64,000 nucleotides of DNA from sequence record PZ256263.1; one strand, 5' to 3'. Shown one piece after another: positions 9,050 through 17,732 of the stretch. A program made the position numbers and the translations under genes. Each line of letters opens with the position of its first letter. Position 1 is the first letter of the stretch. This stretch comes from a phage. The notes beneath the pieces are model-generated. The model saw only the letters and a list, made by a program, of their open reading frames with translations, ran no database searches and was not told the origin of the DNA.

Positions 9050-9268
9050 ATGGAAATTAAAGTAGTTGATTACCCTAAATATGCAAACGCAGAAGATGTC
9101 AAGGGCGGTGATGTTTTCTCTTACGATAGACGTTTCTGGCTGATGTTAGAAGATAAAACTCCTGATGGTTTGTGTAAGGCCGCTAACTTGAACAGTGGTT
9201 CTGTTGAAGTCTTTGGTCTATCAACAACTGTTATGCCACGTCCTGATCTGTGTTTATCTCAAAAGTAA
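9050..9268 (+). CDS. Small paralogous protein, family A member 5
   Basis: GGDVFSY ... FWLML ... ANLNSGSV family A pattern. Confidence 0.55.
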   Translation: MEIKVVDYPKYANAEDVKGGDVFSYDRRFWLMLEDKTPDGLCKAANLNSGSVEVFGLSTTVMPRPDLCLSQK

Positions 9269-9626
9269 CACCGACTTATAGCCCTTGTGCTTATCAGAGG
9301 GCTATGTGAGGGTGTTCCTCATTAACTTATTAATTCAGGCATATGCCACACCGCTAGGGAGAGCTTGCTCGAACATCCGGTGTTAGACTAAAACCTGTTA
9401 ATTTTCGAAAGACTTTCTGATATGTAGGGGTACATATTAGTTTGGGATTCAGGAGACTTCCTAGGGGTAGGGAGTCTTCACCAGTTGGAATAAGAGATAG
9501 CTCTAGAACCTGAACTCTTAGGCAGAGAAGGTCGGCAATGAGTACGCGGTCAGAATTAGTCTACTGACTAGGGCTATCCCTTATATCAACTGGCAATAAT
9601 GCCTCCACTAACAAAGAGAGATAGGT

Positions 9627-9767
9627 ATGAAAGTATCAACCAAACGTATGAACCGCCCTGAACGTATGGATGCAGTAGCTAACGGTGCTCTGAAACTGGA
9701 AGGCTTCTGGGTTCATGCAATGTCAGCCATCCGTAACAAGCAAGGTAATTGGACCTATGCCGGTTAA
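9627..9767 (+). CDS. Small hypothetical protein (46 aa)
   Basis: ATG preceded by a GAGAGA-like RBS; below the ORF-track size cutoff. Confidence 0.35.
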   Translation: MKVSTKRMNRPERMDAVANGALKLEGFWVHAMSAIRNKQGNWTYAG

Positions 9768-9789
9768 ATCAGTCCATGTAATAGGTATG

Positions 9790-9966
9790 CGAGAGATCAT
9801 TCGCATTGCCTTAATGGAACACACTGATCGCAACGCTCAACTAACGCAAATCTCTAAGTGTCTTAACTGTTCGAGAGATGTGGCTAAGGAATTAATGTTC
9901 GCATTCCTTTATAATGCAGAAGACGAAACGCTACAGAATCATCTGATTCGTGGTGTGAGTCAATAA
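9790..9966 (+). CDS. Small hypothetical protein, possible HTH (58 aa)
   Basis: Internal ATG of track ORF 9715-9966 chosen to avoid overlap; start uncertain. Confidence 0.35.
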   Translation, partial: REIIRIALMEHTDRNAQLTQISKCLNCSRDVAKELMFAFLYNAEDETLQNHLIRGVSQ

Positions 9967-9971
9967 AGAGA

Positions 9972-10000
9972 GGCTGCCTTCGGGCGGCCTTTGTTGTTTT
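9972..10000 (+). terminator. Rho-independent terminator
   Basis: GGCTGCC-ttcg-GGCGGCC stem (one G-U pair) followed by TTTGTTGTTTT. Confidence 0.6.
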
Positions 10001-10043
10001 AATTAAGGGACAACTCTTACTTAAACTAACAAGAGGTGCTTAT

Positions 10044-10391
10044 ATGAGATGCATAGTTAAAAGTTGGGAAACTAAATCGGGTCTTCGTGCTGTGATTATG
10101 CACATGAACAATTCCCACTTATGTGGGTATGTAGAGTTACCAGATAGTTTGAAACATAAAAACTTCACCGGATATAACGGAGAGGAAAAGGTTGTTTGTT
10201 ATGTGAACGTTCATGGTGGTGTCACATGGCAAGACACACTTGAAGAGATGGGTGGTTTGGATACAATCGGATTTGATTGTGCCCATGCAGGCGATAAGAC
10301 ACAGTTCAACCCTAACGGGGTTCCAAGAACAGAAGCGTTCTGCATCAACGAGTGCGAACAAATGGCTGAACAACTGAGAGATCTTGAATAA
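10044..10391 (+). CDS. Hypothetical protein (115 aa)
   Basis: ORF with AAGAGG RBS; His/Cys/Asp-rich, possible metal site; no confident family. Confidence 0.5.
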   Translation: MRCIVKSWETKSGLRAVIMHMNNSHLCGYVELPDSLKHKNFTGYNGEEKVVCYVNVHGGVTWQDTLEEMGGLDTIGFDCAHAGDKTQFNPNGVPRTEAFCINECEQMAEQLRDLE

Positions 10392-10569
10392 AATGTCTAA
10401 GCAAACAATCAAAAATACGCAAGCTGGTTACTCTTATGTTAACTCTCCTTGCTGTGGTGCTCGTGTTAATCTGGTTAAGGAAGAGGTTCGTATCGTTCAG
10501 CGTGGCGCTACTGTTGTTCGTTCATGCTGTGTCTGTGGTAATGATATCTTTATTAAAGGTAAAGTATGA
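10384..10569 (+). CDS. Small zinc-ribbon-like protein (61 aa)
   Basis: Two Cys pairs (CCGAR ... CCVCGND). Confidence 0.45.
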   Translation: MNKMSKQTIKNTQAGYSYVNSPCCGARVNLVKEEVRIVQRGATVVRSCCVCGNDIFIKGKV

Positions 10570-10817
10570 AAAACTTCCAAGCTGCACCAATAACTAAAGT
10601 GATCGAAGTTGATGATGCGATGATGACTGTTCCTCTGAACACTCGTTACATTGCAATTGACAAGATGGGTTATGTATGGGCTTGGAAGATTAAGCCTAGT
10701 TATAACGCATTGTTTGATGAGTTTGTTTGTACTGGTACTTACAGTCCTACATTCTTGGGTTTATTTGGAGAGTTTGATGGTAAGCATAAAATCATCACTC
10801 TCCCTGCTTGTGCTTGA
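10566..10817 (+). CDS. Hypothetical protein (83 aa)
   Basis: ATGA overlap with the upstream gene. Confidence 0.45.
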   Translation: MKNFQAAPITKVIEVDDAMMTVPLNTRYIAIDKMGYVWAWKIKPSYNALFDEFVCTGTYSPTFLGLFGEFDGKHKIITLPACA

Positions 10818-10824
10818 GGTTATT

Positions 10825-10989
10825 ATGTTCAAGTGGTTTAAACGTTTCTTCCATCTCCATGATTGGGAGACAATAAAAGAAATTCGTTTACACATATATA
10901 ATGAGATTGGTCAAATAGAAGACACAGGTACTCGTTATATACTTCGATGTAAAACATGTGGTCATATCACCAAGCGAGATATGATCTAA
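10825..10989 (+). CDS. Small hypothetical protein (54 aa) with C-terminal CxxC
   Basis: ATG at 10825 after GAGGTTATT; ends just upstream of the tRNA. Confidence 0.4.
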   Translation: MFKWFKRFFHLHDWETIKEIRLHIYNEIGQIEDTGTRYILRCKTCGHITKRDMI

Positions 10990-10997
10990 ATAATTCT

Positions 10998-11073
10998 GCG
11001 CTCTTAGCTCAATGGATAGAGCAGTAGCCTTCTAAGCTATTGGTTACAGGTTCGAGTCCTGTAGGGCGCACCA
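10998..11073 (+). tRNA. tRNA-Arg (anticodon UCU), 76 nt including CCA
   Basis: Hand-folded cloverleaf: acceptor GCGCTCT/AGGGCGC, D-arm GCTC-AATGGAT-AGAGC, anticodon loop CTTCTAA, T-arm ACAGG-TTCGAGT-CCTGT, discriminator A then CCA. Confidence 0.85.
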
Positions 11074-11093
11074 AAATCAAATAGGAGGTGGTT

Positions 11094-11393
11094 ATGAGTT
11101 GGGGTGGTGTAATATCCTTAATCTGTATCTTCCTTGTCTGTGTGGCCCTTACAGGCTGCGTACAGAGCCGTCCTGATGGGTGGTGTGCAGTAGCAGTGGA
11201 TGGTATTTGTGTATCTCGCTGGCATAAAGGTGAGAAGGTTCCTTCTGGTGAGATTGATATGCGCTGGAACGGGGCAACCTGCTCTAATGCTAACCCTTCT
11301 ATTAATGAAGAGAAGTCTACGCCAGACAATGTTGTGATTGATACAGCGTTGTGGTGTGGTGGCTCTACGATTACAACCGGTAAGGAGTGGTAA
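11094..11393 (+). CDS. Cys-rich lipoprotein (99 aa)
   Basis: AGGAGG RBS; signal peptide with lipobox LTGC (ICIFLVCVALTGC); about 10 Cys in the mature part. Confidence 0.55.
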   Translation: MSWGGVISLICIFLVCVALTGCVQSRPDGWCAVAVDGICVSRWHKGEKVPSGEIDMRWNGATCSNANPSINEEKSTPDNVVIDTALWCGGSTITTGKEW

Positions 11394-11394
11394 T

Positions 11395-11643
11395 ATGACA
11401 GCTCATTATTGGAATACAAAGAAGCTTCTTGAAGAGATGGCTGGGGGTAGTAGAGTACAGCTGATTTCTATGCTTAGGATGGATGCTCGCTCTTTACGTT
11501 TCCAAGTAAAGATTGGTAACTTCAGTGATGGTCTTTATTACACACTGAAGGAAAGAATTAAGAAGACTCACTTTATTATGTACGGAATCAAACCGAGAAC
11601 ATATGTTAACTACATGTATTGGGATACATGCTACGATAATTGA
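11395..11643 (+). CDS. Hypothetical protein (82 aa)
   Basis: ATG at 11395 after AAGGAG. Confidence 0.5.
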   Translation: MTAHYWNTKKLLEEMAGGSRVQLISMLRMDARSLRFQVKIGNFSDGLYYTLKERIKKTHFIMYGIKPRTYVNYMYWDTCYDN

Positions 11644-11649
11644 GGTTAT

Positions 11650-11872
11650 TATGTTATTAGAAGCTAAGCAAACATTACCAGTAGTTCCTTTGTCTACACT
11701 TCTTAGTGGGAGTGCTTTTAGACATGATAATGGTTTTTGGATTAAGGGCGACCAAGAGGTTGGAGGATATATTACCTGCATCAACATCTGCAACGGCGTT
11801 GTTGACGGATTTCGTCCAGCCGCTGAAGTCACTCCTCAATCCAACGCAAAGGTTGTAGGTTTGGTATATTAA
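11650..11872 (+). CDS. Small paralogous protein, family A member 6
   Basis: About 60 percent identical by eye to 11882-12103 (FWIK, GYITC, NG-VDG-RP, VGLVY). Confidence 0.55.
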
Positions 11873-11881
11873 GGAACTTAT

Positions 11882-12103
11882 ATGAAATTAGATTCTAAAC
11901 AATCCCTTAAAACTGTTGAACTGTCCACACTGCCAAACGGAAGTATTTTTGGTCATGATAAACACTTCTGGATTAAAACAGACTACTTGAACGATGGGTA
12001 TATTACCTGCGTCAACCTTTGGAATGGTTCAGTGGATGGCTATCGCCCTAGTGCAAAAGTAGTCCCTCAGCCTGATGCAAAGGCTATAGGTTTGGTCTAC
12101 TAA
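11882..12103 (+). CDS. Small paralogous protein, family A member 7
   Basis: Tandem duplicate of 11650-11872. Confidence 0.55.
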   Translation: MKLDSKQSLKTVELSTLPNGSIFGHDKHFWIKTDYLNDGYITCVNLWNGSVDGYRPSAKVVPQPDAKAIGLVY

Positions 12104-12112
12104 GGAGTTCAT

Positions 12113-12286
12113 ATGAGCTGTTATGGTGGAGGTGAAGTTTATGATGACGATGATATGGAATCTAATGGGGAATGCCCCGATTGCGGGTGTGAGACGTTTG
12201 ATGGTGTATCAGTGTACCCTACCTGTAGTTACTCACCAGTGATTTGTAAAACATGTGGAGATCAACCTTGTGATCAGTCCTGTTAG
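12113..12286 (+). CDS. Small Cys-rich protein (57 aa)
   Basis: AAGGAG RBS; CPDCGC ... CKTCGDQPCDQSC; acidic DDDD run. Confidence 0.5.
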   Translation: MSCYGGGEVYDDDDMESNGECPDCGCETFDGVSVYPTCSYSPVICKTCGDQPCDQSC

Positions 12287-12287
12287 T

Positions 12288-12503
12288 ATGTTAATTATTT
12301 ACCTGATAGGTGTGGTGTTATCAGGTGTGTTCGTTAAGGTTGTTGATATTAAAGATGATCAAGTCTTCAGACATTGGAGCGGATATCCAAATCTCAGCAA
12401 AATAGCAATTGTCCTTTTCTTGTGGCCTATCATTGTTGCGTTGCTTATAATTATAGGACTTTGGACTTTGCTATGGGAGTTAATTCTTCCTGTCAAAAAG
12501 TAA
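12288..12503 (+). CDS. Small membrane protein (about 71 aa, two predicted TM helices)
   Basis: Hydrophobic segments IIYLIGVVLSGVFV and IAIVLFLWPIIVALLIIIGLWTLLW. Confidence 0.45.
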   Translation: MLIIYLIGVVLSGVFVKVVDIKDDQVFRHWSGYPNLSKIAIVLFLWPIIVALLIIIGLWTLLWELILPVKK

Positions 12504-12798
12504 GAGCTTATCGTGAAGGATTCTTACGAGAGTCCTTTGAGATAGGACTTCAGATCTCCTATCAAACTAACATTCATGTAACTAGCCCATAAGGGCGTTA
12601 CCCTTTAATAACCCAGCCCACTAAGGGGGCGGGAGTTTAGTGCTGGATGAGCATAACGCTTATTCCTACAAAGGCAACCGATTGTTAGATCTTACATGCA
12701 AACTTAATTAATAGGATAAGGGAGGATTCGTCCCCTCCCCCTATTTTATTGAATCTTTATCTAAGCAAGTCTTATATAAATGTTTAATTGGGGGATGT

Positions 12799-13110
12799 AT
12801 GAAAGCTCGAAGAACTATATGGACTCCGATACAGATTGAAAATCTTCGGAGATTAATCAAAGAATACTCTGTCCAAGAGATTGCTCAGATTATGAATGTA
12901 ACGGAGAATGCAGTTAATACAGCTTGCACTAAGTTCGGAATCTCTAGAGCTGTAATCCGAGTTAAGTGGTCTAAAGAAGAAGATCAGTTCCTTATCCGTA
13001 ATGCTGGGTTCATGTCTATTCAGAGAATGGCTGACATGCTCGGTAGAAGTTATGCTGCTGTACAGAACAGGGCATGTATGCACCTTAACATTAGCCTCAA
13101 ACTTAAATAG
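12799..13110 (+). CDS. Putative DNA-binding protein with two HTH-like repeats (103 aa)
   Basis: Internal duplication W..x..L..Lxxxxxx..IAxxM.....AV. reminiscent of sigma region 4 / Myb-like HTH. Confidence 0.45.
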   Translation: MKARRTIWTPIQIENLRRLIKEYSVQEIAQIMNVTENAVNTACTKFGISRAVIRVKWSKEEDQFLIRNAGFMSIQRMADMLGRSYAAVQNRACMHLNISLKLK

Positions 13111-13118
13111 GAATCAAT

Positions 13119-13373
13119 ATGAAAGTTAATGAGTTAAACAAAACTACCAAGACTGTGAAACTGCACACTCTGAAAAAGGGTGATACATTCCGTTTAGAGG
13201 AGAATGGTCCAATCCATATGGTTTGTACTGCGGCATCTACTAACTGGGTAGAAGTTGCACGAGATCGAGTAGTGTGTGTCAGGCTGGAAGATGGTAGTCT
13301 GAGCGGTCCAGTTGAAGGTATCTCTGTTATTCCTGTTAAGGTTGAAGCTAACGTTATTAAGGACTCTAAATGA
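13119..13373 (+). CDS. Small paralogous protein, family A member 8
   Basis: KKGDTFRLE ... family A pattern. Confidence 0.5.
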   Translation: MKVNELNKTTKTVKLHTLKKGDTFRLEENGPIHMVCTAASTNWVEVARDRVVCVRLEDGSLSGPVEGISVIPVKVEANVIKDSK

Positions 13374-13615
13374 AGATCATCCCAAAGAAAAAGGATAATA
13401 CGGTACGGTTGGAAACGATCATTCCCGGAAACCCCTTCGTGGTTCAGCACGGAAGTGCCTCTCCTCAATATTATATGAGGGTTGAAAATGCTTCTGGTAA
13501 TATCCGTATAGCCAGTGGCTGGGTTCCTGTGGTAAACCTTTCCACAGGTGTACTATCTGTTAAAGGTCTTGATGATCAGGTAGAAATGATTCGTATGTCA
13601 GTGGTTCAGGAGTAG
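13370..13615 (+). CDS. Small paralogous protein, family A member 9
   Basis: QYYMRV ... VVNLSTGVL family A pattern. Confidence 0.55.
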   Translation: MKIIPKKKDNTVRLETIIPGNPFVVQHGSASPQYYMRVENASGNIRIASGWVPVVNLSTGVLSVKGLDDQVEMIRMSVVQE

Positions 13616-13617
13616 GT

Positions 13618-13866
13618 ATGAGCATCATTAATATTAAGGTTAAGGGCAAGGAGGAAATAGTCCTCCGTGTTAGAGATCTAAATATGTCAGATGTGTTCAC
13701 TCTCCAAGAGTGTCAGAATCAAAAGATTTATATGCTTACAGCTAAAAGCAGGGGCTGTCAACCTGCTGGAGCTGTTAACCTAGGCACTGGAGAACTACGT
13801 GTCATCTCTGGTGATATGGTTGTTGGTGAGAAGTTTATTAAGGCTGAAATCATCTTAACTTCATAG
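13618..13866 (+). CDS. Small paralogous protein, family A member 10
   Basis: SDVFTLQ ... IYMLT ... AVNLGTGEL family A pattern. Confidence 0.55.
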   Translation: MSIINIKVKGKEEIVLRVRDLNMSDVFTLQECQNQKIYMLTAKSRGCQPAGAVNLGTGELRVISGDMVVGEKFIKAEIILTS

Positions 13867-13874
13867 GTGATCTA

Positions 13875-14087
13875 ATGACACAAGAAGAGAAAGATATACT
13901 CATCCAGAATGCGTATCTACTGTTTTCCTCTGAGGATGTTCTGTTCGATCAGCTTTCTAAATTGTGGAAAGTGTCCGAAGAAGAGACTAAAGAGAAGTTT
14001 TATTCTGGCATAACAGAAGATTACAAATCTTTTCTTGGTGAGGTGCTGAGAGATCGGCATGTGTATCTAAGTAATTACGCCTGTTAA
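13875..14087 (+). CDS. Hypothetical acidic protein (70 aa)
   Basis: ORF with GGTGA-like RBS. Confidence 0.45.
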   Translation: MTQEEKDILIQNAYLLFSSEDVLFDQLSKLWKVSEEETKEKFYSGITEDYKSFLGEVLRDRHVYLSNYAC

Positions 14088-14320
14088 TAGGAAAACAAGT
14101 GATCACATTTAATGATTCTACAGAAGAAATGACCAACATGAAAGGCTTCGGTCAACGACAGCCTGACGGTTCAATTATCTGGTTCGTAAATGGACAGAAA
14201 AAGGTAGCTAAATAAGCCCTCTTCTCTCCTCCTTTTAGTACTATGACGCCTCTCTGTGGGCGGCCCAATTTGCGTAGGGAATTCCCTCTACGCAGTCATG
14301 ATTTTTAAGGAATTTCCCCT

Positions 14321-14554
14321 ATGTCTAAAGTAAGTGCAATTGATGCAATCCGTCAACCGTTCCAGTTCCAATCCAAATCAACCCAAACCTTCAGCGAGCC
14401 TAAGCAAATTCGCTTGGGTGGCACAGAGAAGACTGTGTTTGATCTGGCTAAAAACAAGAGCGTTACCGTAGTTGATGGTGGCACTCTGGTTAACGTTTCC
14501 CATCGTATCCGCACTGGCAAAACTGCCAAAGATCGTGCTAAGAAAGGTGAGTAA
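14321..14554 (+). CDS. Hypothetical protein (77 aa)
   Basis: ORF with AAGGAA RBS. Confidence 0.45.
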   Translation: MSKVSAIDAIRQPFQFQSKSTQTFSEPKQIRLGGTEKTVFDLAKNKSVTVVDGGTLVNVSHRIRTGKTAKDRAKKGE

Positions 14555-14796
14555 TGAAAATAGGGAAACCAGCTAAGGATGTTCTAGCGAAGATTGGTGA
14601 TATCTCTATTGGGGAAGTTTTCTCAGCTGAGCACTTTTCAAGTTACTACATGAGAATCCCTGACACTAAAGTTGAGGGTTGCATCATCCCTGCCAACGCA
14701 GTTAACCTGAACACAGGACACCTGTCTGCATTCAAACCTGATTCACAGGTTACTGAAATCAAAGATGCCTACCTCGCCTTTGGTGGGGATAAGTAG
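14554..14796 (+). CDS. Small paralogous protein, family A member 11
   Basis: IGEVFSAE ... SYYMRI ... AVNLNTGHL family A pattern. Confidence 0.55.
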   Translation: MKIGKPAKDVLAKIGDISIGEVFSAEHFSSYYMRIPDTKVEGCIIPANAVNLNTGHLSAFKPDSQVTEIKDAYLAFGGDK

Positions 14797-15027
14797 AGTA
14801 ACATCTATAGCCTTCTTCTGAGGGCTATGTGAGTTATTCTGACTCAACTAACCTAATCTTAATATATTTCCCGTATGGGGCCGATGCTAGGGCGAGGAAT
14901 GTTCCTCAAACATCCGTCGGATAGATATTTTAAGAGCAGGTTATCCACAGATATTGGGTAATATCTTTTTGGATTTAAAGCTTGGCTCTTTTCGGAGAGT
15001 CCTTTTTTAAATTCAATGAGAGGAAAT

Positions 15028-15180
15028 ATGTCTAAATTAGATTTAAAACTGCTAGCAGCAGCGATAGTGATTTGTGCACTAGCACTGGTAACGCAGAGAA
15101 CATCTGGATTTATTCAGTGTTTCTTTTCTGGGCAATCCACTTATCAGTGGGTTATTGACGAGTGTAAACAACAGGAGTAA
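15028..15180 (+). CDS. Small membrane protein (50 aa)
   Basis: GAGAGGAAAT RBS; hydrophobic LLAAAIVICALALV. Confidence 0.4.
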   Translation: MSKLDLKLLAAAIVICALALVTQRTSGFIQCFFSGQSTYQWVIDECKQQE

Positions 15181-15182
15181 GT

Positions 15183-15545
15183 ATGAATACACGTCCCATC
15201 AAGGGCAACGTTAATATTGAAACTCTGAACAAGGTTGCATCAAACCTCGGTGGAATGTCCAACGATGAGCTTGAGCAAGAACTTGCTTGGATTGCAAGTG
15301 GTATCAAAGTTGCTAAAGGTAAGATTGCTCGTGAGCAAAGCAACATGAAAGCTCACAAGTATGTCATCCGTCATGCAAACATGTTACCAGAGCGGGTTGT
15401 ACATCTTGCCCGTAAAAACTACGCAGAAGCAAAGAAAGCTCTGGAAGAAGCTACTTTCCAGAAGCATCAATTTATGAACAACTATAGAAACTTCCGAGAT
15501 ATTCTTTATATCCGTAAGTCGATTGAGTTGATTAAAAACCAATAG
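15183..15545 (+). CDS. Hypothetical protein (120 aa)
   Basis: ORF with GGAG RBS; helical, charged. Confidence 0.5.
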   Translation: MNTRPIKGNVNIETLNKVASNLGGMSNDELEQELAWIASGIKVAKGKIAREQSNMKAHKYVIRHANMLPERVVHLARKNYAEAKKALEEATFQKHQFMNNYRNFRDILYIRKSIELIKNQ

Positions 15546-15556
15546 AGGTTGGTATA

Positions 15557-16750
15557 ATGTTTCCAGTAACATTAGAAGATACTGAAGGTAATGTTTTAAC
15601 GGTCAACCCTCCTTGTTATGGGTTCCTTCAGCTTCGCAACTATAACGGTGGCGTTGATGAAGATGATGACGAAGATGAATACTTCGACCCTAACATGTAT
15701 GAGGCAACTCATGGGTGGAATATGCACGTTCGAGTGTGGCATGAAGAAGCTAACGTTCGTAGTGCTGATGGGGAAGAGTTCCTGTTGAGCCGAGAGATGG
15801 ATATGTGTAAAATCAAGCATATCTGGAACTCCGGAACTCACATGAAGATGTTAGGTTTTAGACGTTGGCGTGATGAAAAACCTGTATCCGCAGCTTTAGG
15901 TTGGGGTGCTATTGATTACGAAGGCGAGCTTAAAAACAACATTGAACGTTGGAATGACAAAAACCCTGAACATCGAACCACACCTCGTGCTGTACTGGAA
16001 GCTATGGAAGCATTTGTGGACAAAGATCGTCCCTCCTGTTTACGCTGGCACGATAAAGGTTTTATGGGGGTAGCAACTGAAAATGTTCCTGCTGATCGTT
16101 GTCTATTCTATTTGATGTTAGATCGAACCTTCTATTGTGAAGATGAAGAGAGTCAAGTTGAAACCTTCCTCCACAAATGGTTGGTTGAAGGCTGGACAAT
16201 CCTTCAGTCTTATGTTTACTCACGAATGGTTAGCACTTACACTAACCTCTTGGGTGAAACGAAAGCAACTCTGGTTGGTAATGATTGGGATGCTTGTATC
16301 TTCCCAGCGTCACTATTTACAGTCGGCATGGCTGATAAATACGCTGAAGCATTTCAAGTGCCTTGGCGTCAACAGTCGTATAGAGACGGGTGTGGTCACT
16401 TCCGTGATGAAGACTTTAAGTGGATTCATTATGAGAACGATGAAACAGCAGAATTGCGAGTTAACAACTCAATGTTCTTGCCAGTGATGCACCCCGATCT
16501 AGTAAAAGATGGGTCAGAGATACTTAAAGGTGATAATCTTTTGGTTAACTTTACCCGTCGCGTGTCTAAAAATGAGAGAACAGCTAACAGGCTAATCTAC
16601 GGCATTCGTGCCGAGGCTAAAGACCTGTTCAACATCTACAACATTATTCAGCGATTTAGTAGTGGAACTCTGGACCAAAGTTCGGAGTATTCAGTGATTC
16701 CATCCTCTGAGTGGGATGGTATTATGAGCGGATTATTTTTAGGAAAATAA
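15557..16750 (+). CDS. Hypothetical protein (397 aa), first gene of the amidoligase module
   Basis: Acidic DEDDDEDE run and conserved Cys/His/Trp; no family recognised by eye; contiguous with downstream module genes. Confidence 0.55.
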   Translation: MFPVTLEDTEGNVLTVNPPCYGFLQLRNYNGGVDEDDDEDEYFDPNMYEATHGWNMHVRVWHEEANVRSADGEEFLLSREMDMCKIKHIWNSGTHMKMLGFRRWRDEKPVSAALGWGAIDYEGELKNNIERWNDKNPEHRTTPRAVLEAMEAFVDKDRPSCLRWHDKGFMGVATENVPADRCLFYLMLDRTFYCEDEESQVETFLHKWLVEGWTILQSYVYSRMVSTYTNLLGETKATLVGNDWDACIFPASLFTVGMADKYAEAFQVPWRQQSYRDGCGHFRDEDFKWIHYENDETAELRVNNSMFLPVMHPDLVKDGSEILKGDNLLVNFTRRVSKNERTANRLIYGIRAEAKDLFNIYNIIQRFSSGTLDQSSEYSVIPSSEWDGIMSGLFLGK

Positions 16751-16760
16751 AAGGTTAGTT

Positions 16761-17732
16761 ATGTCAATCTCCACAACGATCGTACCTCAGAATCTTCAAC
16801 AAGATTTAGGGGAACAGAAGTTCTTAGGTCGTGGGTGCTTCGGTATTCACAACTACATGCAAGGCCAGTGTGTAAATGACATTAATGGTGAAGTTATCAC
16901 GGAAGAAGGGCGCTATCGTCGCTTCAACCGCGATATCAACTTGCAACTGGAGATGTTGAATTACTGGACTCACTCTTTTCATGGTCATGTTGCATCCGAT
17001 ATTGAAAAGAACTTGATTGAAACAGCGGACATTATGAACTCTATGTCTTGCTATCGTGATGTATTTACAATCACTTCAGCGAACAGTGTTGCTGTCAATC
17101 TTCGTGAGCATCCAGCAGATCAGATCTTCACAGGACTTATGCTCTTCCGTAGCATTCTGGAAGGGCAGTATCGTGGAATGGATTTCCTAGCAGAAGGAAT
17201 TGAAGACAGGGAAGAGTGGCTGAAGCGTAAACGCATCGGAATCGCTCTAGTGTTAGCTGGGTTAGGTCGTGACTTCTTCGGTGGGTGGTCTCAACGAGGA
17301 ATAGCCAATGGGAATAGCGAGAGCACCTCTATTGTTATTAATAACAATATGTCAGCAGCAGCATTCCTTCCTTTGGTTGTAGACTCTGATGAATACACGA
17401 AACAAGTATGGGTTCAAAATCCCTTCGGTGTTGGTGACAATGAGAATGGTTATGTTCGTAACCATAACCCAGAGGCCTTACGAAGATTTGCTCGTGCTAA
17501 AGATCAAGACCCAACTGAGTATGCAACAATGTCAGAGTGGTTAAGACTCTGGTCCATCTGTTATGGTCACAAACGTGAAGCAATAGACGACAAGTTGGGA
17601 AACATTACAGTACAAAACTTTACAGCCCGACTGATTCAAAGAACTGGAGCAGATTCCGGTCTTACTCTTGAAGAAGTTGGTAACACAATCTCATCTCTCT
17701 TTTCTGAACTAGTGGAGTATTACAATGACTAA
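16761..17732 (+). CDS. Hypothetical protein (323 aa), amidoligase module
   Basis: Tight spacing with neighbours; no recognisable motif. Confidence 0.55.
   Translation: MSISTTIVPQNLQQDLGEQKFLGRGCFGIHNYMQGQCVNDINGEVITEEGRYRRFNRDINLQLEMLNYWTHSFHGHVASDIEKNLIETADIMNSMSCYRDVFTITSANSVAVNLREHPADQIFTGLMLFRSILEGQYRGMDFLAEGIEDREEWLKRKRIGIALVLAGLGRDFFGGWSQRGIANGNSESTSIVINNNMSAAAFLPLVVDSDEYTKQVWVQNPFGVGDNENGYVRNHNPEALRRFARAKDQDPTEYATMSEWLRLWSICYGHKREAIDDKLGNITVQNFTARLIQRTGADSGLTLEEVGNTISSLFSELVEYYND

Noticed and set aside
9715-9966. Track start at 9715 for the ORF ending 9966
   Set aside because: Would overlap the better-supported small ORF 9627-9767 by about 50 nt in another frame; an internal ATG at 9790 was used, with low confidence.
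10998-11073. Additional tRNA genes near the tRNA-Arg
   Set aside because: Flanking sequence does not fold into further cloverleafs by eye; only one tRNA is called, though a tRNAscan-type search could find divergent ones.
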